64,000 nucleotides of DNA from Myxococcota bacterium (GTDB lineage: Bacteria; Myxococcota_A; UBA9160; UBA4427), in the NCBI GenBank assembly GCA_965250285.1, contig OZ252299.1:2112001-2176000 (forward strand). Reading direction: 5' to 3'. Numbering within the stretch: position 1 is the first letter of the stretch; each line of letters begins with the position of its first letter. Made by a program: the position numbers and the translations under genes. Positions 47,405-57,370 of the stretch are shown here, one piece after another. The notes beneath the pieces are model-generated. The model searched no databases and was not told the DNA's origin. It worked only from the letters and a program-made list of their open reading frames with translations.

Positions 47405-48577
47405 ATGAGGAATGAGATGACCCGGATCTATTCGATTGGCGTCGACGAGATCGCCGCCGAGAGCGAGCGCGTCGGGGGCGACCTCGACAAGGTCGACGTC
47501 GCCAACGTGATCAAGCTCGACGAGCTGAAGCTGCGTGACGTGGGTGCCAAGGACGTCCGCCTGAAGATCCTCGCGGTCTCGGCCGAGCACAACATCAGCC
47601 ACGCCGCCTTGGCCGACACGATCAACATCGCCGATGCCCGCGGCGGCAAGATCTTTCCCGGCAACTCGGCGGTCGGCGAGGTCGTCGAGGTCGGCTCCGA
47701 CGTCGAGAACACCAAGGTCGGCGACATCTGCCTGCTCCACTGCAACGGCGACCCCGATCGCTTCGGCTACCCGATCTTCATCTGGGCCTACGACATGCCC
47801 GACTCGATCGGCTGGTACGGCGAAGAGGCCGTCGTCGGCGAGTGGCAGTGCGTGCCGGCGCCGCTCGACTGCGGCCTCAACCTGTGGGAGATCGCGGCCC
47901 TGCCCCTGCGCGCACCCACCGCGTATCACCTGTGGCGCCGGGCCGAGGGCATCTACCGGCTCAAGGTCTCCGAAGAGAAGCAGGCGGTTCTCAACGTGCT
48001 CGGCTTCGGCGGCGGCGTGTCCGAGCTCTTCCTGATGCTGGCCAAGGCCCAGGGCCACAACACCTACTTCTGCTCGGGCAGCCCCGAGCGTCGCGAGGCG
48101 CTCGAGAAGCTCGGCATCGAGGGCATCGACCAGAAGGCCTACAACCGTTTCGCAGGACGCGACGACGTGAAGGCCTTCATCAAGGAGTGCCGCTCGCTGA
48201 CCGGCGGCGAGGGCATGCACATCGTCTGCGACATGCTCCGTGGCCCGGTGTTCGGCGCGGGCATCGCCGTGCAGGCGCGCCAGGGCGTGAACGTGAGCGC
48301 TGGCTGGCAGCTCTCGCGCGAGTGCACGTACAACAGCGCGGGCGCCTCGCTCAAGCAGATCACGATCGACCACACGCACTACGACACCCTCGACGGCGTC
48401 GGGGCGGCGACCGAGCTCTACGGCAAGGTCTTCAAGCCGACGATCCACGACGAGATCTACTCGTTCGAGGATCTCCCCCGCGCCATGGCCGATCAGCAGT
48501 TCAACACGCTGAAGGGCATCGGCATCATCCAGGTCGCGAAGGACATGCCCGACTCGGTGAAGGGGCTGATCCCGTAG
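47405..48577 (+). CDS. Medium-chain dehydrogenase/reductase (MDR) superfamily oxidoreductase
   Basis: GroES-like VGEVVEVGSDVENTKVGD; TAYH; Rossmann VLGFGGGVS; strong codon bias. Confidence 0.8.
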   Translation: MRNEMTRIYSIGVDEIAAESERVGGDLDKVDVANVIKLDELKLRDVGAKDVRLKILAVSAEHNISHAALADTINIADARGGKIFPGNSAVGEVVEVGSDVENTKVGDICLLHCNGDPDRFGYPIFIWAYDMPDSIGWYGEEAVVGEWQCVPAPLDCGLNLWEIAALPLRAPTAYHLWRRAEGIYRLKVSEEKQAVLNVLGFGGGVSELFLMLAKAQGHNTYFCSGSPERREALEKLGIEGIDQKAYNRFAGRDDVKAFIKECRSLTGGEGMHIVCDMLRGPVFGAGIAVQARQGVNVSAGWQLSRECTYNSAGASLKQITIDHTHYDTLDGVGAATELYGKVFKPTIHDEIYSFEDLPRAMADQQFNTLKGIGIIQVAKDMPDSVKGLIP

Positions 48578-48603
48578 CGCCAGTCGCACACGCAACGATC
48601 CAC

Positions 48604-48644
48604 GAGGCGGGCGCTCACGGAGACGGGGCGCCCGCTTCTTCTTT
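48604..48644 (+). terminator. Rho-independent terminator
   Basis: GAGGCGGGCGCTC...GGGCGCCCGCTTC stem followed by TTCTTT, between convergent genes. Confidence 0.65.
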
Positions 48645-48662
48645 GGGTCGTCCGCCCCGGGC

Positions 48663-49448
48663 CTATCCGTCCGTTGCGTCGAGCTCCCGCGCGGGCGCGC
48701 GGCGCTCGCCGTCGCGGATCTCACCCGTCATCGGCACGAATCGCACGTCGAGCCCCTTCTCACGCTCGACGCCGCTCGCGGTCTTGCGGTGCACTTCGAG
48801 CACCTGCCAGTGCTCGCCGACCGGGATCACGAGCCGCCCGCCTTCGCGCAGCTGTTCGATCAGAGGCTCTGGGATCCGCGGCGCCGCCGCGGTCACCACG
48901 ACCGCGTCGAACGGGGCCGCCTCGGGCCAGCCCCGGTAGCCGTCGCCGATCCGCGTGTGGACCCGTGCGCCGTAGCCCGCGGCTTCGAGCCGGTCGCGCG
49001 CCCATCGCCCCAGTGGTTCGACGATCTCGATCGAGTGCACCGTACAGCCCATCTCGGCGAGCACCGCCGCCTGGTAGCCCGAGCCCGTCCCCACCTCGAG
49101 GACGCGACAGGGTGGCTCGAGCCGCGCGAGCTCGCTCATGAGCGCAACGATGTAGGGCTGACTGATGGTCTGATCCTCGCCGATGGGCAGCGGGCGGTCG
49201 TCGTAGGCGTACGGCGCGGCCGCTTCGGGCACGAAGCGATGCCTCGGCACGGCGCGCATCGCGCGCAGCACGCGCTCGTCGCCCACGCCCCGAGCCTCGA
49301 TCTGCGTGCGCACCATGCGTTCGCGCGCCGCGGCCCTCGCCTGCTCGGCTGCACCGGGCGCGGGCTCAGCCACGCTGCAGACCGGCGCGAGCGTGAACAC
49401 GACCACGAGCCAGACGATCCATGATGGGTGGGTCCGAGAGGGGTGCAT
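48663..49448 (-). CDS. pcm: Protein-L-isoaspartate O-methyltransferase with hydrophobic N-terminal extension
   Basis: VPRHRFV, QTISQPYIVA, VLEVGTGSGYQAA, GDGYRGWPEAAPFD, VRFVPM. Confidence 0.95.
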   Translation of the reverse strand: MHPSRTHPSWIVWLVVVFTLAPVCSVAEPAPGAAEQARAAARERMVRTQIEARGVGDERVLRAMRAVPRHRFVPEAAAPYAYDDRPLPIGEDQTISQPYIVALMSELARLEPPCRVLEVGTGSGYQAAVLAEMGCTVHSIEIVEPLGRWARDRLEAAGYGARVHTRIGDGYRGWPEAAPFDAVVVTAAAPRIPEPLIEQLREGGRLVIPVGEHWQVLEVHRKTASGVEREKGLDVRFVPMTGEIRDGERRAPARELDATDG

Positions 49449-49541
49449 CCGCGCGATCCTCCCCGCAAAGGCGACGGCCGTCGCCCGCGCGAGGGTACCC
49501 CGACCGCCGAGGCCGCGCGTCGGCGGGTTGGCAGGTCGGCG

Positions 49542-49697
49542 CGGGGCAGACGCTGTCGAACCGCGTGGCTCGGTCGGGCCCGAGCTACACGCTGTCGGGC
49601 AGCGTGCGCCGAGCGCGCTCGAGCTACACGCTGTCGGGCAGCGTGCGCCGAGCGCGCTCGAGCTAGACGCTGTCGGGCAGCGTACGCCGCGCGCGCT
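49542..49697. repeat. 39-bp tandem repeat (3 clear copies plus one degenerate) of the 3' end of the transglutaminase-like gene
   Basis: Copies at 49581, 49620 (identical) and 49659 (3 mismatches); partial match in register at 49542. Confidence 0.92.
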
Positions 49698-50289
49698 CGA
49701 GCGAGCCCGCCTTCGAGAGCATCTCGACGATGTGCTTGACCGGCTTCGAGTAGACCAGCGTCTGGGTCTCTTCGCCGAGCTCGGGATCGGGCGTGTACGC
49801 GAGGCTCGGCGCGTCGAGCGAGAACGTGGTGTCGATGTCGTCGGTGTTGCCCCGGGGATCGAGCCCGATCCAGCGCTCGCGATCGGCGAGATAGACCCCG
49901 ACGAAGCCGTGCAGCGCGAAGCGACCCGGGTCTGCATCGGATCGAAGTCGCTGGAACGCGAAGCCCGCCGGAATGCCGCAGCCACGGATCATCGCCGCCA
50001 GCAGATGGCTCTTCGCGTAGCAGAGGCCGTGACCGGCGCGAAGCACCTGGCTTGCGTTGCAGGTCAGCTCGTCGGTCTCGATGTCGAAGCTGTGGTGGAT
50101 CTCGTCCCGCACGAACTCGAAGAGCGCCCGCAGGCGATCGTCGATGCCGCTCAGCTCGGCGGTCAACGCGCGCGTCTTCTCGTACACGATCGGCGTTTGC
50201 CAATCGACGACGATCGTGTCTTCGACGTAGCCGTTGAGGCTCGCTTCGACCGGCTCGAGTCGCCACCGATTCTGCTCGTCGTCGCTCAC
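49663..50289 (-). CDS. Transglutaminase-like family protein
   Basis: FVRDEI.HS, GLCYAKSHL, LHG, W..LDPRGN (Cys-His-Asp triad). Confidence 0.88.
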   Translation of the reverse strand: MSDDEQNRWRLEPVEASLNGYVEDTIVVDWQTPIVYEKTRALTAELSGIDDRLRALFEFVRDEIHHSFDIETDELTCNASQVLRAGHGLCYAKSHLLAAMIRGCGIPAGFAFQRLRSDADPGRFALHGFVGVYLADRERWIGLDPRGNTDDIDTTFSLDAPSLAYTPDPELGEETQTLVYSKPVKHIVEMLSKAGSLERARRTLPDSV

Positions 50290-50379
50290 CCGATCCTCCC
50301 GGCCGCCTGCCCGGCCTCTGCTCTGGCTCGCGTCTGGGCGCCCTTGAACGCCCGGCCTGCATCGACGACGCTCGCCCCC

Positions 50380-50613
50380 ATGAGCGACGAAGCGCCCGCC
50401 GAGCCGGTCCGCATCCCCCTCGATGATCTCGACGACGCGACCCTGCGCCGGGTCGCCGAAGAGATCGTGACGCGCGACGGCACCGACTACGGCGCCGTCG
50501 AGCGATCGCTCGAAGACAAGACCGAGCGACTCCTGCGTGAGCTCCGCAGCGGCCGGGCCGCGCTCTGGTTCGATCCCGAGACCGAGACGACCAGCGCCGA
50601 GCCCGAGCCCTGA
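50380..50613 (+). CDS. YheU (UPF0270) family protein
   Basis: IP...L...TL....EE.VTRDGTDYG..E.SL...L..G.A...FD. Confidence 0.85.
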   Translation: MSDEAPAEPVRIPLDDLDDATLRRVAEEIVTRDGTDYGAVERSLEDKTERLLRELRSGRAALWFDPETETTSAEPEP

Positions 50614-50638
50614 ACCGTCGCCGCGTTCGCCCGTGCGC

Positions 50639-51313
50639 TCAGACGCTCACCCAGCTGCGATCCTCGGTGCCCGGCGGCACCGTCATGCCGTCCCAGTGCC
50701 AGCCGGCGATTTCACGCAGCGGTGGCTGCACGTAGCCTGCGGGCAGACACTCGTCGGCGACGAAGAAGGCGTTCGGCGACCAGGTGTCGGTGTGGACGAG
50801 CGTGTAGCCCTTGTCGCGACCGAGCTTCTCGAACGCCGCCAGACTCGCGCTGTGGTAGCAGGTCTCGTCCCAGACGTGGTCGGCGCGGTACTCGATGGTC
50901 TTGGCATCGTGGAGCTCGAAGAAGATGTTGTACTCGACCACCACCACCCTCGGCCGGTAGCGCCCGATCGCCTTCCAGACCCACCAGTCGTTGCCGTCGA
51001 TGTCGATCGAGAGCAGATCGAAGCTCTCGGGCACGCCGTACTTGTCGAAGAGCGCCTCGACGTTCTCGGCCGACACGAACTCGCGCTTCACGAGCTCGCC
51101 ATCGGCGCGGTCGCTGCCCTCCATCAGCAGCCCCTGCCAGCCGTGGTCCTGGCGCAGGTGGGCCGTATTCGAGAGGTGCTCGCCATCCCAGGCCCCGAAC
51201 TCGACGAAGCGGCGGTTCGTCGCACCAATGACGTCGAAGATGCGCTGCAGCACGCCGTCCTCGCCGAACTGCGAGCGCACCTGCTTCTCGTACTGCCTGA
51301 GGTCTTCGAGCAT
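50639..51313 (-). CDS. FkbM-like SAM-dependent methyltransferase-family protein
   Basis: SQFGEDG, FVEFGAWDG, DLLSIDIDGND, PRVVVVEYN, NAFFV. Confidence 0.75.
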   Translation of the reverse strand: MLEDLRQYEKQVRSQFGEDGVLQRIFDVIGATNRRFVEFGAWDGEHLSNTAHLRQDHGWQGLLMEGSDRADGELVKREFVSAENVEALFDKYGVPESFDLLSIDIDGNDWWVWKAIGRYRPRVVVVEYNIFFELHDAKTIEYRADHVWDETCYHSASLAAFEKLGRDKGYTLVHTDTWSPNAFFVADECLPAGYVQPPLREIAGWHWDGMTVPPGTEDRSWVSV

Positions 51314-51449
51314 GCGGATCCTTCCTGGGGGTGTGAGGCGGGCGGGAATGTAGGCCGCATCCGCGGCGGGGGCATGACAGGGGCGCCGGGGTCGGCGCGC
51401 GGCGCCATGCTACGTTGCGCGCGACGCAGCCCCCCCGCCGGAGCCCCCG

Positions 51450-51734
51450 ATGAATGATCACGGCAAGATTCAGCTGTACAAGAAGGTCCTGCTCGGCGTC
51501 TGGATCTTCGCGGCGCTCTCGTTCGTGCCGCCCTTCAGCTCGATGCCGATCGCGCCGCTCGGCAAGAACGTCTTCGGCATCATGTTCTTCGTCCACCTGA
51601 TCGAGTGCGTGGTGTTTCTCGGAACCCTGCGCTCGACCGGCAATCCGCTCGCGAACGAGCTCGCCCAGACGATGGTGTTCGGCGTGCTGCGCTACCGCGA
51701 GATCAAGATCGAGCAGGCCGGCTCGGGCGCCTAG
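51450..51734 (+). CDS. Small membrane protein, DUF1145-like
   Basis: K...LGVW; HLIEC.VF; Q..VFGV. Confidence 0.65.
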   Translation: MNDHGKIQLYKKVLLGVWIFAALSFVPPFSSMPIAPLGKNVFGIMFFVHLIECVVFLGTLRSTGNPLANELAQTMVFGVLRYREIKIEQAGSGA

Positions 51735-51744
51735 CGCCCGCCGT

Positions 51745-53265
51745 TCAGCCGGCGCCCTCGCCCCAGAGCCAGAGCGCGGCGTAGCCGCGCCAGGGACGCC
51801 AGGCCTCGGCGCACTCGGCGAGCGCGCGCTGGGTCACCGGCTCGCCCTTCGAACCCAGACGCTGACGGAGCACCAGGTCGCCCGCCGGGAACGCATCGGG
51901 CTCGCCGAGGGCGCGGAGCGCGACGTAGTGCGCCGTCCACGGGCCGATGCCGGGCAGCGCGCAGAGCCGCGAGATCGTGTCCTCGAGCGGCCGGCCCGGC
52001 TGCAGCAGATCGGGCTCGGCCTGCACCGTCTCGGCGAGCGCGCGCAGCGCCCGCACCCGCATGCCGGTCAGACCCAGCCCATCGAGATCCGCGGCCGCGA
52101 GGGCCGCGGGCGACGGGAAGAGCGACGCGAGCCCGGCCTCACGGGCAGCCGCGCCCACGGTGGCCGGCTCGCCGCACCGCTCGACCAGGCGACGCGCAAA
52201 CGTGATGCCGCCCTTGACGCTCACCTCCTGCCCGAGGACGGCGCGAACGGCCAGCTCGAACGCGTCCCATGCACCCGGGACGCGTCGCCCCGGCGCGGCC
52301 CGCACGGCGGGCGCCAAGCGCGCGTCTGCGCCGAGCCAGCGTTCGATCGCCACCGGGTCGGCGCGCAGATCGAACTGCGAGCGCACGCGATCCGCCGCGG
52401 TGGTCAGGGTCGCGGGCCGGTCGAGATCGACCCGGGCGACCAGCGCCGCCTCGCTGGCACAGCGCTCGACCCGTAGCGTGCCGACGGCCGCGCCCAGTCG
52501 GATCGTTCGCCACAGCGCCCCGGCGTGGACGACCTCGACCCCGGGCAAGGCATGGGAGTCAAAAAACGCAATCAATCCAGCCCAGTCAAAGGGTTCTCGA
52601 TAGCGAAGCTTGAAGGAGATCCCCGAGCCATGCTCGGCCCGCGCGGCCGCTTTCGAGCGGGCACGCCGGGCGCGCCCCGGCGCCACCGCACGCAGCTCGC
52701 TGGGCGACCGCTCGAAGCCGCCGCGCACGGCTGCATTGAACCGCCGCACGCTGCGATAGCCCGCGGCCAGCGCGACCTGGGCCATCGGCAGATCGGTCTC
52801 GTCGATCAGCTTCTTGGCGAAGTGCAGGCGACGGGTCTGCGCGACGGCGCCGGGCGAGGCGCCGAGGTGCTCGGCGAAGAGCCGACGCAGGTGCCGGTCA
52901 CCGACACCGAGTCGATCCGCGAACCGGGGCAGATCGTCATCGTCGAGCGCCCCGTCGTCGATGAGCCGGAGCGCGCGCTCGACCGTAGCCGACGTGCCCG
53001 CCCAGGCGGGCGTACCGGGCGCCGTCTCGGGCCGGCACCGCAGACAGGGCCGGAACCCGGCCTCCTGAGCTGCGGCGGCGCAGGTCAGGAAGACGCAGTT
53101 CGCGCGGCGCGGCGTACGCGCGGGACACACCGGGCGACAGTAGATGCCGGTGCTGGTGACGCCGACGAAGAAGCGCCCGTCGAAGCGATCGTCCCGGGTC
53201 GAGAGCGCCCGGTAGCAGACGTCGGGGTCGAGCAGCGCCCCGGTGGTTTCGAGAGGCTCGGACAC
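51745..53265 (-). CDS. alkA: Ada-AlkA fusion: Ada Zn-binding/AraC HTH plus DNA-3-methyladenine glycosylase II
   Basis: TGIYCRPVCPA, GFRPCLRCRP, AraC HTH, LPGIGPWTA (HhH), WRPWRGYA. Confidence 0.93.
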   Translation of the reverse strand: MSEPLETTGALLDPDVCYRALSTRDDRFDGRFFVGVTSTGIYCRPVCPARTPRRANCVFLTCAAAAQEAGFRPCLRCRPETAPGTPAWAGTSATVERALRLIDDGALDDDDLPRFADRLGVGDRHLRRLFAEHLGASPGAVAQTRRLHFAKKLIDETDLPMAQVALAAGYRSVRRFNAAVRGGFERSPSELRAVAPGRARRARSKAAARAEHGSGISFKLRYREPFDWAGLIAFFDSHALPGVEVVHAGALWRTIRLGAAVGTLRVERCASEAALVARVDLDRPATLTTAADRVRSQFDLRADPVAIERWLGADARLAPAVRAAPGRRVPGAWDAFELAVRAVLGQEVSVKGGITFARRLVERCGEPATVGAAAREAGLASLFPSPAALAAADLDGLGLTGMRVRALRALAETVQAEPDLLQPGRPLEDTISRLCALPGIGPWTAHYVALRALGEPDAFPAGDLVLRQRLGSKGEPVTQRALAECAEAWRPWRGYAALWLWGEGAG

Positions 53266-53387
53266 CCGGGCAGGCTATCGCAGCGACCCGCGTCGACTGG
53301 CCGCTTTCGGACGTGGCCGTGCGGCCCGCCGGGCCGGCATCGACGCCCCTGCCGCCAACGGGCCCCGAACGCTGCAGCGCCCGGGCC

Positions 53388-55406
53388 TCAGCGTCCGCGC
53401 CGGCGTCCGGCCGAGCGCCGACCGCCCTCGCGCGCGGCGCGCCGGTAGCCGGGCGCCGCATCGCCCGCCCGCGGCCGCGAACCATCTCGACCGTCGCCGC
53501 CGCGCCGGCGCCCGGCGCGCGCGGCCGGGACCAGGCAGCCGGGCCCCGCGCCGATCAGCTCGGAGCGGCCGGCGCGCTCGAGGGCCGAGCGCACCAGCGC
53601 GTGATTCTCGGGCACCCAGTACTGCAGCAGCGCCCGCTGCTCGTCACGGGCGCGCTTCGAATGGGCCGAGTAGACGGGCGCGAGCGTCTCGGGGTCGAGG
53701 CCCGTGTGGTAGATGCAGGTCGCGATGTCCATGGGTGCCGGGATGAAATCCTGAACTTGTCTGGGGCGATAGCCACGTTGCTTCAGGTAGACCGCGAGCT
53801 CGATCGCGTCCTCGAGCTCGCTGCCCGGGTGGCTCGCGATGAAGTACGGCACCAGATACTGCTCCTTACCGGCGCGCTCGGAGGCGGCGATGAACGCGTC
53901 GGCGAAGGCGTCGAAGCTGTCGGCCGGGGGCTTCTTCATGAAGCGCAGCACGCGGTCGCTCACGTGCTCGGGGGCGACCTTGAGGTGGCCGCCGACGTGG
54001 TGCGCGGCGAGATCTTCGAGGTACTCGGGCTGATCGGCGGCGAGATCCATGCGGATCCCCGAGGCGACGTGCACCCGCTTCACCCCTTCGACCTCGCGCG
54101 CCCGCCGCATCAGATCGACGAGCGCGTCGTGGCTCGTATCGAGCAGCTTGCAGATCTTCGGCGCGACGCACGAGAGACGTCGGCACTTCGCCTCGACCTC
54201 GGGCCGCGTGCAGCGCATGCGATACATGTTCGCCGTCGGCCCGCCGACGTCCGAGACGTGGCCCTTGAAGTCGGGGCGCTGCGCGATCGCCTCGACCTCG
54301 CGGATCACCGAGTCGGCGCTTCGGCTCTGGATCGCCCGCCCCTGGTGCATGGTGATCGAGCAGAAGCTGCAGCCGCCGAAGCAGCCGCGCATGATCTGCA
54401 CCGAATCCTTGATCGCCTGCCAGGCGGGGACGTCCTCGCCGTAGTCGGGGTGGGCGCGCCGCACGAAGGGCTGCTCGTGCACTGCGTCGAGGGTCGGCTC
54501 GTCGAGCGGCAGGGCCGGTGGGTTCAGTACGACCCGACGGTCGCCGTGCGCCTGCACGAGGCGGCGGCCATTGCGCGGATTCGTCTCGGCATGCAGCCGG
54601 CGCGTCGCGATCGCGAAGGCCTCGGGCTCGCTCTTGACCGCCTCGAAAGCCGGCAGCTCGATGGTCGTGCCGTCGCAGGCCTCACCGAAGTCGGGGCATG
54701 GCGGCAGCGTCTCGCTCTTGCCGAGCAGGTAGCCGACGCCCCGCATGTCGCGGAGATCTTCGACACGCTCCCCCGCGTCGAGTCGCTGCGCGATCTCGAG
54801 CAGCGTCGACTCGCCCATCCCGAACCCGAGCAGGTCGGCCTTCGAGCTCACGAGGCTGCTCGGCCGCACGGTGTCGGACCAGTAGTCGTAGTGCGCGATC
54901 CGACGCAGCGACGCCTCGACGCCTCCGGCGATGACCGGCACCTGCTTGAAGGCCTCGCGGCAGCGTTGGGCATAGACCGCGGTGGCGCGGTCAGGGCGGC
55001 GCCCGATGGCGCCGCCGGGGGAGTACGCGTCGGCGCCGCGGCGCTTCTTTGCGGCCGTGTAGTGATTGATCATCGAGTCCATGTTGCCGGCGCTCACCGC
55101 GTAGAAGAGCCGCGGTGCGCCGAGCGCCCGCCAGGGCTCGGCGCTCTTCCAATCGGGCTGGCAGAGCAGCGCGACCTTGAAGCCATGGGCCTCGAGCCAG
55201 CGACCGAGGACGGCCGCCGCGAAGGAGGGGTGATCGATGTACGCGTCGCCCGACACGAAGACGACATCGGCCTGGGTCCAGCCCCGCGCGCGCATCTCGT
55301 CGGCGCTGGTCGGCAGGAAGGCCGAGCGATCGGGCGGCGGCACTTCGGCGCGGCGGCGCGCGCGCGGCTTGGAGGAGCGTCGAGACATGGTGCGGGGCTC
55401 GGTCAA
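53388..55406 (-). CDS. YgiQ-family (UPF0313) radical SAM protein
   Basis: SGDAYIDHPSF, GNMDSM, EASLRR.AHYDYW, CFGGCSFC, GGPTANMY. Confidence 0.92.
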   Translation of the reverse strand: MTEPRTMSRRSSKPRARRRAEVPPPDRSAFLPTSADEMRARGWTQADVVFVSGDAYIDHPSFAAAVLGRWLEAHGFKVALLCQPDWKSAEPWRALGAPRLFYAVSAGNMDSMINHYTAAKKRRGADAYSPGGAIGRRPDRATAVYAQRCREAFKQVPVIAGGVEASLRRIAHYDYWSDTVRPSSLVSSKADLLGFGMGESTLLEIAQRLDAGERVEDLRDMRGVGYLLGKSETLPPCPDFGEACDGTTIELPAFEAVKSEPEAFAIATRRLHAETNPRNGRRLVQAHGDRRVVLNPPALPLDEPTLDAVHEQPFVRRAHPDYGEDVPAWQAIKDSVQIMRGCFGGCSFCSITMHQGRAIQSRSADSVIREVEAIAQRPDFKGHVSDVGGPTANMYRMRCTRPEVEAKCRRLSCVAPKICKLLDTSHDALVDLMRRAREVEGVKRVHVASGIRMDLAADQPEYLEDLAAHHVGGHLKVAPEHVSDRVLRFMKKPPADSFDAFADAFIAASERAGKEQYLVPYFIASHPGSELEDAIELAVYLKQRGYRPRQVQDFIPAPMDIATCIYHTGLDPETLAPVYSAHSKRARDEQRALLQYWVPENHALVRSALERAGRSELIGAGPGCLVPAARAGRRRGGDGRDGSRPRAGDAAPGYRRAAREGGRRSAGRRRGR

Positions 55407-55539
55407 CCGGGGGAACTCCGGGACGCTAGCTCACACCGGCCGCGGGCCCCGGCGAGCCTCACCGGCGCTCGGGCGCGGCGGGCCACGACCGGCTCCAGAC
55501 GGCCCCCGCGCGACGTGCCGTGCGGGCTAGCGTCCGCCC

Positions 55540-56673
55540 GTGTCCTGTCCCCATCGCCCGCCCTGCCCCGGCTGCCCGCGCTACGGCGACGCCGCTCCCG
55601 CCCCCGACGCGGTCGCTCGACTCGAAGCGCTCGCGGTCGAGGCCGGTGGCGTCGACGTGCGGCTCGAACAGGGGCCGGCGACGGGCTACCGCCACCGCGC
55701 CCGGCTGGCGGTGCGCGGTCGCGCCCGTTCGCCGAAGGTCGGGCTCTTTCAGCTGGGCACGCATCGCATCGTCGACATCCCGCGTTGCGAGCTGCACCAC
55801 CCGGCGATCAACGCCGTGGCCGCGGCGCTCAAGTCGGCCATTCGCGAGACCGGCGTCTCGCCGTACGCCGACGCCCCCCACCGCGGCGTCGTGCGCTACC
55901 TGCAGTGCGTCGTGCAGCGCAGCGACGCCACCGTGCAGGTCGTCGTCGTCGCAAACGAAGACGAGCCCGACGAGACGACGCCCGTGCTCGAACGGCTCGA
56001 GGCCGCGCTGGGCCCGCAGCTCCAGGGCCTGTTCTTCAACGGCCAGCCCGAACGCACGAACGCGATCCTCGGCCCGCACTGGCGACACGTCGCCGGTGCA
56101 AAGGCCACGCGGGAGCGCATCGGTGGCGCGGACGTGTTCTTTCCGCCCGGCGCCTTCGGGCAGGCGAACCTGCCGCTCGCCGACCGGCTCGTCGAGCGGC
56201 TCCACTCGCACGTACCCCACGGCGCCCGGGTGCTCGAATGCTACGCGGGCACGGGCGCCATCGGATTGGGGCTCGCCGAGCGGGCGAACGCACTCGCGAT
56301 GAACGAGCGCAGCCCCGACGGCCTGGCCGGCCTGCGGCTCGGGATCGCGGCGCTGCCAGTCGAGGTGCGAGATCGCATCGAGGTCGTCGAGGGGGCTGCC
56401 GCGGTCGCGGCGCCGCGCCTCGGCGGCGCGGGCGCGCCCGACGTCGTGATCGTCGACCCGCCGCGCAAGGGACTCGACGCGCCGCTGCGCGCGCGCCTCG
56501 AAGCCGATCCGCCCGAGCGTCTGCTCTACGTGAGCTGCGACGTCGACTCGTTCGTCGACGACGCACGCGCGCTCACCGCAGCGGCGCGCCTACGGCTCGT
56601 CGCGCTCGAGGCGTGGGCGTTCTTTCCGTTCACGGATCACGTCGAGGTGCTCGCCCGCTTCGAGCGGGCTTGA
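55540..56673 (+). CDS. RNA (uracil-5)-methyltransferase, RlmD/TrmA family (no TRAM domain)
   Basis: CPHRPPCPGC, F.Q.N, YAGTG, VDPPRKG, YVSC, FP.T.HVE. Confidence 0.88.
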   Translation: MSCPHRPPCPGCPRYGDAAPAPDAVARLEALAVEAGGVDVRLEQGPATGYRHRARLAVRGRARSPKVGLFQLGTHRIVDIPRCELHHPAINAVAAALKSAIRETGVSPYADAPHRGVVRYLQCVVQRSDATVQVVVVANEDEPDETTPVLERLEAALGPQLQGLFFNGQPERTNAILGPHWRHVAGAKATRERIGGADVFFPPGAFGQANLPLADRLVERLHSHVPHGARVLECYAGTGAIGLGLAERANALAMNERSPDGLAGLRLGIAALPVEVRDRIEVVEGAAAVAAPRLGGAGAPDVVIVDPPRKGLDAPLRARLEADPPERLLYVSCDVDSFVDDARALTAAARLRLVALEAWAFFPFTDHVEVLARFERA

Positions 56674-56706
56674 AGCGGCGCGGCGGCAGTCGAACGAACG
56701 CGGGGC

Positions 56707-57348
56707 TCAGGCGCCGTCGGGCGCGTTCTCCTCGGTGGCGCCGGTGCCGGGGGGTGCATCGTCGACGGTGCCCGTGGGTGCGTCGGTGCCCGGCTGGATC
56801 GCGCCGCCCGTCGTCGTCTGCACGTCGGTGTTGGGCGGATCCTGCTTCGGCGCGCGTCCCGAGAGGCCCGCGAGCGCGGCCGTCGGCAAGGTCACGACGT
56901 CGAAGGTCAGCGTCCACGGCCGCACCCAGCGGATGCCGGTCGGGCTGAGGTCGGTGTCGGTCGCGAGCCCCTTGGTCATCGCAAAGAAGTAGCCGGGGTC
57001 GTAGGCCCAACCGCGGGTCTCGGGGTTCACCGTACCGCCGGTGTTCGGCGGATCGCCGTAGACGCCCTCGTCGGGGCCCGGCACGTGGCCGATGGGCTCG
57101 ATCGGGCCCTGGCCGGGCACGCGGGGCGCGCCATCGCCCGAGACGTTCATCGGCACCACGCCCTCGGCATTCAGGGTCCCGGGAGGCGGCGTGCCGTCAT
57201 CGGTGCCGATGGCCTCGACACCGTCCTTCATCTCGACGTCCGGCGGCGGCGCCGTGTGGTCATCGGCCGTAGCCGCGCTCGCGACCCCGAACGCACAGCT
57301 CGCAAAGATGGCCGCGATGGCCGCCTCTCGGATCTGAAATCGCTTCAT
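56707..57348 (-). CDS. Hypothetical secreted Pro/Gly/Thr-rich protein
   Basis: Signal peptide MKRFQIREAAIAAIFASCAFGVASAATA; GAGAGG upstream. Confidence 0.7.
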   Translation of the reverse strand: MKRFQIREAAIAAIFASCAFGVASAATADDHTAPPPDVEMKDGVEAIGTDDGTPPPGTLNAEGVVPMNVSGDGAPRVPGQGPIEPIGHVPGPDEGVYGDPPNTGGTVNPETRGWAYDPGYFFAMTKGLATDTDLSPTGIRWVRPWTLTFDVVTLPTAALAGLSGRAPKQDPPNTDVQTTTGGAIQPGTDAPTGTVDDAPPGTGATEENAPDGA

Positions 57349-57370
57349 CTCGCGTGGAGTCCTCTCTCGT

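Noticed and set aside
53313..56948. 1211-aa + strand ORF
   Set aside because: Antisense or out-of-frame to the radical SAM and RlmD-like genes; low-complexity GC artefact.
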